Source: a virus (lineage: Duplodnaviria; Caudoviricetes). From it: DNA of 64,000 nt. The notes under the pieces are model-generated. The model saw only the letters and a list, made by a program, of their open reading frames with translations. It was not told the DNA's origin and ran no database searches. The position numbers were made by a program, and so were the translations under genes. Position 1 is the stretch's first letter; the number at the start of each line of letters is the position of its first letter. Positions 55,101 to 64,000 of the stretch are shown here, one piece after another. The stretch lies in IMG/VR virus record IMGVR_UViG_3300028186_000155; one strand, given 5' to 3'.

Positions 55101-55723
55101 TTTCGTTTAAAACGTCCGCGTTTATCACGTTCCTGTTTGCGTGCACGTTCGCGCTGGGCTTCGCGGCGACGTTCGCGCATTTCATCCATAACCGAGCGTT
55201 GACGTTCCTGCGCCGCGACCTGTTTGTCGTTGACGCGGGTGAATTCGCCTTCGTAGGTGTTGCCTTTGGATTCCTGAATTTTTGGCTCAGGTTTGGTCAT
55301 TTGTTTCTGGATGTAGGCGGCCAGACGATTCATCACGTCCGACATTTCCTGCGTAGCCTGCAATTGATCCTGCATCAGGCCAGATTGTTGTTGCAGCAAA
55401 TTCGATTGTTTCTGTGCCGCAACTACCTGCGTGCGGATAATCTGCGTTTGGCCCTCAATGGCCTCGGCATTCGAATCGTCACCGCGCTGGCCTTTCGCCT
55501 GCTGGGTTTTGACCGACACATCTTTTTCGTGCTGATTTTTCGGGCCAGATTTTGCGTACTGATGCTTTTTCTGGCCAGTCAGTTTTACATCGTCGTCACG
55601 TTGCATGTGGGCGTGCTGCATGAGGCGTGGCGCAGTCTCATTACGGGACCGGCGTTGCGGTTCATGCTTGGCTTCTGCGCCATGCTTATCGACAATTTCG
55701 TTAAGTGCCTCAAGAGACGCCAT
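52139..55723 (-). CDS. tape-measure/hub protein with lysozyme (VgrG3-C-like) and M15 peptidase domains
   Basis: ISKKFESGG..GGVSYGAHQL; SAFRT..EQ..ARPGTSRHESGFAIDI..EPWHVE. Confidence 0.8.
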   Translation of the reverse strand: MASLEALNEIVDKHGAEAKHEPQRRSRNETAPRLMQHAHMQRDDDVKLTGQKKHQYAKSGPKNQHEKDVSVKTQQAKGQRGDDSNAEAIEGQTQIIRTQVVAAQKQSNLLQQQSGLMQDQLQATQEMSDVMNRLAAYIQKQMTKPEPKIQESKGNTYEGEFTRVNDKQVAAQERQRSVMDEMRERRREAQRERARKQERDKRGRFKRNTPRKLPRIQRVGAGTGGGALEGLGGRLGGGLGRMAGGALLPLLTLGVGLFGKQAIDAVREKYVFEKSDSNMFSRGWQNTKDWLDDHKPGDPNNTVLDQMTSKSKNTNVALGQEAIHKDFGAISKKFESGGRGVGTVSSGKGDPGGVSYGAHQLNSNKGGMTNFLRSAEGAKYYGELRGLTPGSEEFTKKYKDIVSRDGKGMEQAQTAFIKRENYDPVVKWFEKQYGVDINKRSRAVQEAFFSVATQYGPGKAKGVMGDAFGNRDISKMDDAEFITRIQETRASTVEERFRNSSDDTKNSIYKRAGEEKVALLAMLNEERQGPGSAAQVGSGIGSQYSQKMIGQFGGKPAGGAGQVGTGAASNGTVGVMAMPQGGGGGATGAGDEAGGGTAAAMLAPAGGALYSLGVKHTRPNDNSVNMAGLNDKFKQAFYTMVGDWVQNNQGTVCNVASAFRTRAEQEALWIKYGRNTKRVARPGTSRHESGFAIDIDRNSASAMEGCGLFKKYGFHRPLSNEPWHVEMIGAGKGGSATPAVAAANASPQLMQSAASQEMDKAAEATMNKAEENTKGLEKTWSQKLNEKGKPPTDSETGGTSKTAETNGAKAAKGVEEEEEEEEVGEPVDDIGENDTKIINKEVMPPTVDVMNGDANTRTPEQQALYEQYLKKAGGDPRGVPDSVANPRTEADRQRDRDELRNNPYGGVTTTPVTGQTGTWSQRNGQNPGVSANGSGTSGQYGQRARPWSQTQTGRAITGAATKIGGVYGMGSFGTMAPGAYGGLRKVDGKVNEVLNKTPGLCELMRLPGMPRIPTVSSGLPSFGKIFSTGADKVAGMFGGDEPAPAMVPASERPRIMNGQRVTYDGPAVTSTDQIGTTSLNAPVASMSPASPTYYNNDAPVTTRSAGAPVATMAAPSQATAMPVAEKVERNTFDGVQKVSIAASDVPMGSGGGDAAPAGGSPGASGAAKNDMPSIDDAPAIMDEYGLLFVNFGMV

Positions 55724-55725
55724 AT

Positions 55726-56688
55726 TTAATATTTCCTTCTGGTGCCCATCACCTTCTGCCCGTTAGCTTTCGCTTTTTGTTCCTGTTCGCGCCGGTCGGC
55801 AGCAAGCACCGAATGGCTGTACATGAACCACTGCACAGGCATATCAAGATCAACCATCACACCGAATTGCGACATGAGATTGTAGGCCATGTTGTAAATG
55901 TCTTTATCGGAATTATCCGCAAAGAAACTCAGCATGGACGGGCTGGATTCGTGGAACATCACGTGGTTGCACTGGCCACAACGCAGCCGCACTTTTTCAC
56001 CCACGCCGTGGTAATACCGGTTCTTGATCTTTTCGATTTCTTGGAAAAGTTTCATATCAGGCTGGGCCATCAGATAGCGCAGTTTAGATTTGAAATCCTT
56101 ACCCGGTTTTACCCAGCGTGCAATGTCACCGACGTATTTGAAACGCGGGAAGTCGTCCACGTACTCGTAATAGTCGGTCAGGGTGCCGACTCTCGGTAAC
56201 GAAATTTGCGGATGGATCAGCCGGTTATCGTCGTCAGGCAGCGTGTGCATCATGGTTTGCGTATGCGGCACGATTTCCGATTGTTCGTGGCCACACGGTT
56301 GCAGCGTGTAGCCCAAGCGTTTTGCATCTTTTGCACTCAACCCGAAACCGATGTTGTTTTTGCTGTTCACGTAAACCATGTTGGAACACGTGTACTGCGC
56401 ACGCACCGGAAATTCGGGGAAAGAACTTCTGCGCAGACGGGCCATCAAATACATGAAATCGCCGTCAGTCAGTTGATCAATATCTTCATTGCAGCACATC
56501 TGCACAGCGCGGATGATGTGCTGGTGCGGGCGGGTCTTCGCCGTCATACCGGTATGCAACAGCGGCAATTCACGCAGAGTAAATGGCCGCAGGTACAACC
56601 GGTTAAACGAATAGAAATCGTCCTTAGCGGGATTGCCCGTAAGCAAATCCCCGACCTCTACAAACGAAGCGTCAAGATCCGTTTTCAT
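55726..56688 (-). CDS. baseplate hub assembly protein (T4 gp26/gp51-like)
   Basis: RPFT, LTDGDFMYLMARLR, PRV, CGQC; paralog of next gene. Confidence 0.65.
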   Translation of the reverse strand: MKTDLDASFVEVGDLLTGNPAKDDFYSFNRLYLRPFTLRELPLLHTGMTAKTRPHQHIIRAVQMCCNEDIDQLTDGDFMYLMARLRRSSFPEFPVRAQYTCSNMVYVNSKNNIGFGLSAKDAKRLGYTLQPCGHEQSEIVPHTQTMMHTLPDDDNRLIHPQISLPRVGTLTDYYEYVDDFPRFKYVGDIARWVKPGKDFKSKLRYLMAQPDMKLFQEIEKIKNRYYHGVGEKVRLRCGQCNHVMFHESSPSMLSFFADNSDKDIYNMAYNLMSQFGVMVDLDMPVQWFMYSHSVLAADRREQEQKAKANGQKVMGTRRKY

Positions 56689-57473
56689 CAGACAAAGAAC
56701 GAATGCGCGTCAATGGAAACATCGAACGGATACGAGGTGCCGCACTTCTCGCATTTCTTGTGGATGCGTTGCAGGATGCCGTGGTTGTATTTGTGGGAAG
56801 CGCGGGCCGCTTTATCGTACAATTCCATGTCGATTTTTTCGATGTTGGCCCAGCGTTCGTGCATGGTGCGACCTTCCTTGATGAAACGCAGTGGCCCCAG
56901 CACTTTTTGGGTACGCACATCGGTCCCCAAATCTTTGGACGCCACCATGTCACGGACACGCGGATAATCCAGACGATCATCGCCCAAAGGTTCCGGGTCC
57001 ATTTGCATCATTTTGAAATCTCCCCACTGCGCGAATTGCTCGTTGTAGTGCTCGCAATCCTGTTCAATGAAAACGATTTCGAACGGGTTTTCCATGTGTT
57101 CCTGTGCTTCGGTATCCTTAGCCAGTTCCCACTGTTCGTGCATCAGGTCAATATCTGCAATCGTGTAGATTTTTCCCGATTCGTCACCTTCACGGGTGAA
57201 GACAACGCCGTCACATTCCCAGTTGGCAAAGATCGGCAGGTCACGCGAGTGGAAGCGCAGCCAAGTCAGAATGTGATAAAAATCACCTTCAGTCAGCTGG
57301 TTAACGTCGAAATCGATGACCATCCCCACCGCCTCGATCAGCGGCGCATCGTTCTTGGTCAAAATGGCCTCGGACAGATACGGCAGATGCATAGGCCGGA
57401 AAGGCTGTGCAGTGATAGATTTAACCGCGTATGGAATCAAGCGCGATGGCAGATTAGTTTCATCGAATTTCAT
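56688..57473 (-). CDS. baseplate hub assembly protein (T4 gp26-like)
   Basis: LPSR..PY, LTEGDFYHILTWLR, YPRV, CEKCG..SFF. Confidence 0.7.
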   Translation of the reverse strand: MKFDETNLPSRLIPYAVKSITAQPFRPMHLPYLSEAILTKNDAPLIEAVGMVIDFDVNQLTEGDFYHILTWLRFHSRDLPIFANWECDGVVFTREGDESGKIYTIADIDLMHEQWELAKDTEAQEHMENPFEIVFIEQDCEHYNEQFAQWGDFKMMQMDPEPLGDDRLDYPRVRDMVASKDLGTDVRTQKVLGPLRFIKEGRTMHERWANIEKIDMELYDKAARASHKYNHGILQRIHKKCEKCGTSYPFDVSIDAHSFFV

Positions 57474-57482
57474 AACGTCCCC

Positions 57483-57986
57483 TTAGCTGTAAGCAATATC
57501 GTCAATCGCAAAGTTTTGCTGGACCTTGATCGGTTGGCCACCTGCGTTTTGCAGTTCAATGGCGCTGGTCGTCGTGGGCCATACGTTGATCAGTTCAACA
57601 GTGACGATTGGCGTGTCAGTCGTGCGCCCATCGGTCAGTGCGAACTTCATATTTCGTTTGTAATTGCCGGGCAGGAAATAAGTGCCTGTCTCCGGGTCCA
57701 TAATCTTGTTTTGCCAATCGATTAGCCAGTTGCGCGTTCGCATCGCCACGTCTTCATAAAACGTGATATCGAACGCAGACAATTCACGGAAGCCCGGAAA
57801 CTGTCGAAATTTTGCACCCATGAAAACTGGTTTCATGTTGATGGATGGCATCGGCAAACTTACCGTCTCGACATACGACGGATCGAGGTCGAAAGGTAGT
57901 TCAAGGCAATACCAATAGAAATCGAGCATCGGGCTTCTGTCGCCCGAACGCTTTTCGTAAAATTCATCGAGCGTCAGAATAGGCAT
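57483..57986 (-). CDS. tail-tube-fold protein (T4 gp54-like tube initiator)
   Basis: ITFYED..W..DWQ..VWPT..IEL; GGAGG RBS. Confidence 0.7.
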   Translation of the reverse strand: MPILTLDEFYEKRSGDRSPMLDFYWYCLELPFDLDPSYVETVSLPMPSINMKPVFMGAKFRQFPGFRELSAFDITFYEDVAMRTRNWLIDWQNKIMDPETGTYFLPGNYKRNMKFALTDGRTTDTPIVTVELINVWPTTTSAIELQNAGGQPIKVQQNFAIDDIAYS

Positions 57987-58004
57987 TATGCCTCCACACA
58001 AGCG

Positions 58005-58040
58005 AAAAAAGCCCAATGCAAAAACTTGCACCGGGCTTCT
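58005..58040 (-). terminator. intrinsic terminator after tail tube gene
   Basis: AGCCCG..UGGGCUUUUUU. Confidence 0.7.
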
Positions 58041-58046
58041 TTTTCA

Positions 58047-58556
58047 TCAGAGGGTACGTTCGACGTAACCGTAAGCGAAAGTCGCGTCTTGACGCAGCGC
58101 TTGGCCACCGCCACCCTCGAACTGGTATTCGGAGATTTCGGTAGGGAACATCCGGTGAATGTTCCACTTCGCAGCATCCGCACCAGTTTGGTCGAATACG
58201 GTCAATTCCGCAGTGCGCATGTAATCCGCAGCGAAACCACCGGTTTGCGTTTGCGTTGCACGACCTACAGCCGCCCAATCTTTCAGCGCCTGATAGGTGC
58301 GTGCGTCGTAAACTTCGTGCAGCGCCACGTTCATGCTGTGGCTGAAAGTTTTACGAGCCGCGTAAATCAGTTTGTGGCCGAACAATTCGACCTCAACTGT
58401 TTGCAGACTGGCGCCGGGGAGCGAAGCACCCAAGCACTGAATCCGCAGTTGACGCCCATCGCCGCCGCCCGGAATGTCAGTGAACAAAAGTTCAAAGTTG
58501 TCATTCAGCATCGGGTCGAGCAGGCTATAGGTTTCTTCCAACGTTACTTTAGGCAT
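58047..58556 (-). CDS. tail tube protein (T4 gp19-like)
   Basis: ASLPG..GHKL.YA..W..FPTEISEYQF; follows sheath. Confidence 0.85.
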   Translation of the reverse strand: MPKVTLEETYSLLDPMLNDNFELLFTDIPGGGDGRQLRIQCLGASLPGASLQTVEVELFGHKLIYAARKTFSHSMNVALHEVYDARTYQALKDWAAVGRATQTQTGGFAADYMRTAELTVFDQTGADAAKWNIHRMFPTEISEYQFEGGGGQALRQDATFAYGYVERTL

Positions 58557-58581
58557 AAATCACCTGATTTCCTTGTTGGGG

Positions 58582-60174
58582 TTAAGCCGCGAGAGATTCG
58601 ACGGCGGTGCTCAATTGACCTGTAGCCGCAACAGTGGTCGTGAACTTGATCCGCTTGGCATAACGCGTCGGCTGGATAATGTAGACCAATGCAACGTCTC
58701 CGTTTGCAATCTGCGCCGGAGGGTTGGTATTTTTGTCGCAGTAGACTTTCGCGTAATACAAACCGCGTTTGCCTTTGATCGGGTTAACGATCCGCTCAAC
58801 AATACCGCGCAGCTGCGCCCACAAGAATTCGTCGTTAGGATCGAACAGGCCGACCAGAACGTCATATTTTGCGGTGGTTTCGATCAAGTTGATCAGACGG
58901 CGCACGTTGATATCCTGCAACGCCGATTTGGTCGATTGCAAGGTCTGTGCACCCCACACGCAATAACCGTAACCGGCTTGCTTGTGGATCATGTTGATCT
59001 GGTTTTGATCCAGAATATTTCGTTCCGGCAACGAATATTTGTGACGCACACCGTTGATTTCGGTAATGACGCCACGGATCACACCAGCCGGTGCCCAAAA
59101 CACATCGCGCATTTGGTCACTCTGTGCGAACACAGCGGCCACTGCGCCAGATGGCGGCACGTAGACTTCTTGGTTGTCGTCGGTAACTTCCAGAATATCC
59201 GAGCAATAAATCGCTGCGAAACTGGTGTTGGTGTTCAGCACGTTACGACGGTGATTTACCGCACGGGTAACGGTTTGCTGATCCGACGGAATGTCGAGGA
59301 TTGCGAAGCAGTCACGGCGGGCCTCGGCCAGCGCGATCATGGCTTGCTGCACCCCAGCATCGGAATAACCCGCGTTGATCAGAATACGAATTTCGTAATC
59401 GTCTTCGTTCGCGAATTCGTCCCAACCGCTGATGATATCGCCGTTGGTTGCGGCGCGGCCATTGTCACCGTAAGACAAATCAACCTGCACAATGGCGTTG
59501 ATCAGTCGTTTGGCACCTTTAGACGCCACGTATTCCGGGTGGTTTTCGTTGACCATGAAACGCACACGCGATTCCATGTTTTCCAACTGGTACGCGATGG
59601 ACAGTTGGCGGTTTTGACCGTCTACTTTTTCGCGCAAAGTGCCACGGTAAGTTTCTACCGGAACGCTCATGTTGGTTTCGAAAACTTGGAGAACGAAAAT
59701 CTCGTTTTCCACGTCGTTCGGATCGGGGTACATCAGCACGCGCAGCTGGTTGTTCCAGTCGCCGGGGTTCGATCCGTAGATAAACCCGATTTCGTCTGGC
59801 AGTTGGTTATGCTCGGTTGCCGGGTCCAAATAGCCTTGAGTTGCAGCTTTCGGAACCGAGAAACCGTTTTCAGTTTTGACCGCCGCGTTACCGTAATTCG
59901 CTCCGGTATCAACGCGAAGGGTCCACAAACGTTGTGCTTTTTTCAGGAAGCGTTCAGCCGCAAAGTGGCCGAAGGTAAGCGATGCATCCCGCAGGCCATA
60001 ATTGGCCCGGAATTCCGCAACGCTGGTGCTCAGTACAGGAACACCAACGCGACCGCGATTCGATTCACTTACCATTGCCCCTGTGGTTGGGTAAGTCGAG
60101 GAAGCCGATTGCGAATTATCGACTTCGCCGCCATACACACCCGCCGACGTGTTACTGCCGTTTTGAAGGGTCAT
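58582..60174 (-). CDS. tail sheath protein
   Basis: AGVYGGE.D, PPSG, FWAPAG, VWGAQTL, INVRRL, FDPND. Confidence 0.95.
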   Translation of the reverse strand: MTLQNGSNTSAGVYGGEVDNSQSASSTYPTTGAMVSESNRGRVGVPVLSTSVAEFRANYGLRDASLTFGHFAAERFLKKAQRLWTLRVDTGANYGNAAVKTENGFSVPKAATQGYLDPATEHNQLPDEIGFIYGSNPGDWNNQLRVLMYPDPNDVENEIFVLQVFETNMSVPVETYRGTLREKVDGQNRQLSIAYQLENMESRVRFMVNENHPEYVASKGAKRLINAIVQVDLSYGDNGRAATNGDIISGWDEFANEDDYEIRILINAGYSDAGVQQAMIALAEARRDCFAILDIPSDQQTVTRAVNHRRNVLNTNTSFAAIYCSDILEVTDDNQEVYVPPSGAVAAVFAQSDQMRDVFWAPAGVIRGVITEINGVRHKYSLPERNILDQNQINMIHKQAGYGYCVWGAQTLQSTKSALQDINVRRLINLIETTAKYDVLVGLFDPNDEFLWAQLRGIVERIVNPIKGKRGLYYAKVYCDKNTNPPAQIANGDVALVYIIQPTRYAKRIKFTTTVAATGQLSTAVESLAA

Positions 60175-60222
60175 TGGACAATCTCCAGTAATCTCCCAAA
60201 AGGTTTCGGGATTACTATTAAA

Positions 60223-61572
60223 TTACGCTTTTATCAAAGTAATGCGAGTCACTTTATCGGCCATCAGTTTAATGGTCCCGGCAAAGGAACCATTCAGCAT
60301 GAATTGACCGTTAACCCGGAAGCGTACAGGTGCGCTCTGTAGCTCTTCGTCCGGTGTTGGAACAATTACCGGAATTTCTGGTGCAGGAGGTGCCACCAAT
60401 TCCAGCTGTTTCGTTACGGTCTGCCCACCTGCCGTGTATTCAACGGTCACAGGCTGGCCGGGCAGTCCGTATTGATAGAACGATTCAAATTGCGCAGTGT
60501 ATTTGCCCGAATATGCGAAGGTCGCAGTCAACGGGAAATACAGCACGGCGCCGCTCACCTGATTGCGCAGAGTAAGACGCGGATTATCCGACATGTTTGG
60601 ATCAGTAACCGTGACCGTAAACGGTTCAACGATATTGACCTGCGTTTGCACATCGAGCGCAGGCACCACGTTGGAACGAACCGTGATTTCGTGCACGATA
60701 CTTTGCGGGTCGCCGTGGATATCTTTGCCAACCGTTACCAGCTGGAAAACATCACCATCGTCAGCAGCAAACGACGTTGGCGAATCCACATAACCAACTT
60801 CGATTGGCACCATTTGCGCATGGGTAACTTGCAGCGTGGAACCCGAACGCAGGTTGGTGATTTGCGTGTGCGGCGTGGATGGATTTTTCACCCGGAAATT
60901 GATGAATTTCCCGAACGGTACAGAAGCGGGTGCTTCAAACGAAGTGGGAACGAAATCGAGGGTAACAACCTGTTCTGCCGTCACGACCTGCGAGTGTCCC
61001 GAAGCGCCATAAGCCTCTTCGTATTTGAAACTCAAAATGTCGTTTTCTTGGCAGTACATCACCTGATCGAAATCTTCACCTTGGGCCACGTTGTTTTGCG
61101 TCACAAGGAAACCCGAATAGAGTCCTTGCGTAACGCGCTGCAACACCACCTCTTCAGTTTCCCCGGTGCGCATGTTCATTGCTTGAATGGTCAGCGGTGC
61201 CGAAGTGAAAATATCAAGGTCTTTCACCGTCACGGAAACGAAGCGACCGGCGTCTGCTTTGCCAATCTCGATTTCCGCGTCGTGGAAGATTTGTTCGGTG
61301 CGCACTTCCGGTTCTGGAATCGAACCAAAACTCACCAATTCCATTTCGATTTCGTGCGGACACTGGATCGAAACGATGTTGTGCACGTCTTTGATTGTGT
61401 ACGGATTATCCGGTCCAATCGTGATATCTTTTTGCTCCAGCGTACTCTCCGTTACCTTGGTGGCCACGCTGAAACTGTTGACGCCGGTTTTCCGGGTATT
61501 GTCCACCAGAAATTGCCGCACTTCGGTAACGATGGTGCGTTGTGGTGGCCGGTAAACATTGAAAGGTTTCAT
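60223..61572 (-). CDS. virion structural protein, beta-rich Ig-like repeats
   Basis: repeated VTV.D.D..GxYxx modules; within structural operon. Confidence 0.65.
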   Translation of the reverse strand: MKPFNVYRPPQRTIVTEVRQFLVDNTRKTGVNSFSVATKVTESTLEQKDITIGPDNPYTIKDVHNIVSIQCPHEIEMELVSFGSIPEPEVRTEQIFHDAEIEIGKADAGRFVSVTVKDLDIFTSAPLTIQAMNMRTGETEEVVLQRVTQGLYSGFLVTQNNVAQGEDFDQVMYCQENDILSFKYEEAYGASGHSQVVTAEQVVTLDFVPTSFEAPASVPFGKFINFRVKNPSTPHTQITNLRSGSTLQVTHAQMVPIEVGYVDSPTSFAADDGDVFQLVTVGKDIHGDPQSIVHEITVRSNVVPALDVQTQVNIVEPFTVTVTDPNMSDNPRLTLRNQVSGAVLYFPLTATFAYSGKYTAQFESFYQYGLPGQPVTVEYTAGGQTVTKQLELVAPPAPEIPVIVPTPDEELQSAPVRFRVNGQFMLNGSFAGTIKLMADKVTRITLIKA

Positions 61573-62291
61573 ACATCATCCGCCGTTTTGAGTGTTGTGG
61601 TTTCTTCGTCCACGACTTCACCGTCTGGATTGACGACAACGGCATGGAATTCCACGGCCCCAGCGTTGTTAACTTTCGAGATTTTCTTCTCGACGCCGGT
61701 CCACGTACTGCTGGTGCAAGAAATCACAAGGTCGAACGCTTCAGGATCGGCCTCATTATCTTTATCTGCACGCGGTATTGGGATTTCTGTCATGTCGGCC
61801 TTGATTTCAAGGAACGAACTTGCGTTGCCGGTTGTGATGCGCACGTTTAGCACCTTGGAATCGAAGAGGATCAGGGCCTCTCCAATAAACCGGATCGCAT
61901 CGAAATAATCGTTGGTCACGTAATGAAATTCGTATTTCAACGTGATCGGGAAATAGTGCAGCCGCGTTAGCGTACTGTTGGAACCATCGAGCACGTGACC
62001 AATGCCACGCCGTTTCAGCGTAGGGCCTAGCAGGTGCGCTTCAGCCTTTGCGATACTGGTCATGGAAACGTAAGCATAGGGATAGCTCGGCTCCATTTGG
62101 GCACGTAGCATTTGCTTTACGTCGTTGTTGTGCACGAATGGCAAATCTTTCAGCTTAAAAAAGCGTTTCAAGCTGGCGCGGATTGCAGCAAACGCAGTGA
62201 ACAAATGCGTCTGCTTGAAACTGGTGTTGCCGATCAGGTCGCGCTTCAGCATCGCTTCACGGATCTTTTCCCGTTGCTGCGTATCAGTCAT
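61569..62291 (-). CDS. tail completion/terminator protein (T4 gp15-like)
   Basis: PITLKYEFHYVTNDYFDAIRFIGE; start refined to MTDTQQ. Confidence 0.55.
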   Translation of the reverse strand: MTDTQQREKIREAMLKRDLIGNTSFKQTHLFTAFAAIRASLKRFFKLKDLPFVHNNDVKQMLRAQMEPSYPYAYVSMTSIAKAEAHLLGPTLKRRGIGHVLDGSNSTLTRLHYFPITLKYEFHYVTNDYFDAIRFIGEALILFDSKVLNVRITTGNASSFLEIKADMTEIPIPRADKDNEADPEAFDLVISCTSSTWTGVEKKISKVNNAGAVEFHAVVVNPDGEVVDEETTTLKTADDV

Positions 62292-62311
62292 GTTTTTCGT
62301 CTCCAGAAAAC

Positions 62312-62348
62312 AAAAAAGGCCGTCGTGATTTCTCACAGCGGCCTTTTC
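62312..62348 (-). terminator. intrinsic terminator
   Basis: AAAAGGCCG..CGGCCUUUUUUG. Confidence 0.75.
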
Positions 62349-62349
62349 G

Positions 62350-62895
62350 TTACAGCTTGATCCTGATACGGCCCGGAATTAGCGGTTCACTCGCCCCGGC
62401 AGGTTCACGGGAAACCAAAGATTCTTCATCAAGGGGTTCCAGATCAACCGAAGCAAAAGCCGATAGTTGTGGATCGACGATAATTGTTTCACCGTCTTCC
62501 AGATACTGCTTTTGTGCGTATACAGCGGAAGCCAAACCAACAATTTGTTGGAGGGCCACGCTATCAGTTCCATGCAATGAAGGATTCATGGAATTTTCCG
62601 AATTTGGAGCAGTACCAAACTTGGTGGTCGTTGGGGAAGTTGTTTCAACGTAACTGGTAAAACTATCCAGTCCGTCTACTTGCCCCTCGGTGCTACCTTC
62701 GGCGGTTCCCGCCTGACAACCATCAGCGCTCAGGATACCCGGAGCGCATGACAGAGTTGGCATCAGCGAACTGTTCAGAACCGAAGAAAACTCAGGGCAT
62801 GCGCAGGCCTGTTTAAGCACCTGCACCGCCAATTCGTCTCTTCCGTTTTTGCAACAAATTGCCGCAAGTGAAAGCAGAGCCTGAATGTCCATCAT
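62350..62895 (-). CDS. hypothetical structural-module protein
   Basis: GGAG RBS before MMDIQ. Confidence 0.7.
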   Translation of the reverse strand: MMDIQALLSLAAICCKNGRDELAVQVLKQACACPEFSSVLNSSLMPTLSCAPGILSADGCQAGTAEGSTEGQVDGLDSFTSYVETTSPTTTKFGTAPNSENSMNPSLHGTDSVALQQIVGLASAVYAQKQYLEDGETIIVDPQLSAFASVDLEPLDEESLVSREPAGASEPLIPGRIRIKL

Positions 62896-62970
62896 TAAAT
62901 CTCCAAAAGTTTCTAACACTAACCGGATTAAAAGGGGCGCTCCTTTCAACCCGGAAAGTGCGGAGATTTA

Positions 62971-64000
62971 TTAGCGAACCAGACGCTTACCTTTCACCAC
63001 GGAGCGGTTGTTGGCCAGAACGAACGAGAACGCTTCGGACAGCATCCAGCCTTTGGCGGTCGAACCTTCGTGCGCGTAGTCAACCGGGCGGGATTGGATA
63101 CCACCGCGAGTCGAGTAGGCAGCGTGGTGCTCAGGGCTGGCAACAACGTAAATTTCGCCGCGTTCCAGAACTTTCTGGTTCGGTGCACGGAAACCGTCGG
63201 TCAGCAGTTGCAGGCCGACCAGCGTACCGAGTTGACCATTCAGGGCCAGATCGTATTTGGTGATCGGGTCCAGCATGGTGGCGAAATCGTTGGAACCGAT
63301 GATATCGGCCCAGTAATCGTTGCTGATGATCGCGGTGGTGGCTGGCAGGTTCCAGTCGGTAACAGCGGTGCGCAGACGACCGAGGTTTTTGGTGGTCAGT
63401 TCGCCAGCGATGTATTCCAGTGGGTTCATCATGCCCACGGTGGCATCGGCAGCTTTTTTCCACAGGCGGTCTTCTTGAACCATGATGGATTGCAGCGCGT
63501 CGTTATACGCGTGCTCCAGCAGGTCGCCGGAAACCTGTTCCATGTCGAGTGCGTTCACGCGAACGTTCGCGATGATTTCGAACTCAGCTGGCAGGAATTG
63601 GCGAGCGCGAATGTTCTGGTAGCCCACGCCAGCAGGACCGGTGGCAACTACTGCCATCGAATCGTGCGGAGGCATTGGAACGCGCTGCACTTCGCCTTGA
63701 CGCAGGGTGTTACCTTGCGAAAGTTTGCGCAGGAAACCATCACGCTCGCTTTGCTCGTAAACCTGTTGGGCAATGTTGGCGCCCAGTGCTTTCCAGTTGT
63801 CATCGGAAGCCATGGCTTCGCGCATGATTTCGCGGCGATCATCGCTGGACGAAGCGATAGCCATCTGGCTTTGTTCTGGAACGATCAGGCCATTGCCCAC
63901 TGCTTCCATCAGACGGCCAATTTGCATGGCGAGGTCTTTGGTGGACGAAGCGTTAAATTCGCCGGTCGAACGGGACAGGGCCAGTTCACCACCTTTCGAA
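62971..64000 (-). CDS. major capsid protein (5' end outside window)
   Basis: HK97-like pattern (EFEIIAN..DLLEHAY..QEDR..GTLVGLQLLTD); frame open to window edge. Confidence 0.85.
   Translation of the reverse strand, partial: SKGGELALSRSTGEFNASSTKDLAMQIGRLMEAVGNGLIVPEQSQMAIASSSDDRREIMREAMASDDNWKALGANIAQQVYEQSERDGFLRKLSQGNTLRQGEVQRVPMPPHDSMAVVATGPAGVGYQNIRARQFLPAEFEIIANVRVNALDMEQVSGDLLEHAYNDALQSIMVQEDRLWKKAADATVGMMNPLEYIAGELTTKNLGRLRTAVTDWNLPATTAIISNDYWADIIGSNDFATMLDPITKYDLALNGQLGTLVGLQLLTDGFRAPNQKVLERGEIYVVASPEHHAAYSTRGGIQSRPVDYAHEGSTAKGWMLSEAFSFVLANNRSVVKGKRLVR

Noticed and set aside
55726-57473. Tail-assembly-chaperone G/GT frameshift upstream of the tape measure gene
   Set aside because: Both genes have their own ATG starts and are gp26-like paralogs; no slippery site at the junction
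21782-61908. Long plus-strand ORFs (e.g. 21782..23347, 52871..54853, 58573..60342, 60472..61908)
   Set aside because: Antisense shadows of codon-biased minus-strand genes; no RBS or recognisable motifs

Overview
A 64-kb segment of a large lytic (jumbo-type) myophage genome in which essentially every real gene is on the minus strand. Read in transcription direction (right to left), about 64-49.6 kb is a T4-like virion module: major capsid protein (5' end off-window), gp15-like completion protein, tail sheath, two tail-tube-fold proteins, two baseplate-hub assembly proteins, a 1194-aa tape-measure/hub protein carrying lysozyme and M15 peptidase domains, and gp48-, gp53- and gp27-like baseplate proteins. 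About 49-32 kb is a mixed region with dCTP deaminase, a metallophosphoesterase, a SLOG/DprA-like protein, DUF1353 and a free lysozyme. About 32-0 kb is a dense early/host-takeover region of small ORFs, including an AlgR-like LytTR protein, TraR/DksA, a GNAT, a KTSC-domain protein, HTH/RHH proteins and tandem paralog families. The host is probably a Pseudomonas-like gammaproteobacterium, and gene order recalls PaBG/Lu11/Y3-type jumbo phages (both inferences, not searched). The most notable signals are non-coding or recoding: (1) a -1 frameshift (A_AAA_AAG plus stem-loop) adding an ~270-aa beta-propeller-like extension to a probable virion protein; (2) six sigma70 promoters, each followed by a hairpin plus a conserved ACUCAC..UAG(G)GAAGUU leader box, three with Z-DNA-prone alternating purine/pyrimidine tracts just upstream; (3) seven covarying intercistronic hairpins with a conserved U.G pair and a downstream UGAAAC; (4) a strand-specific ACTGTAAAY motif seen 14 times, mostly hidden in coding sequence as Thr-Val-Asn; (5) repeated weak terminators. 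No tRNA, rRNA or CRISPR array was seen. All family calls come from motif recognition by eye, not database searches.
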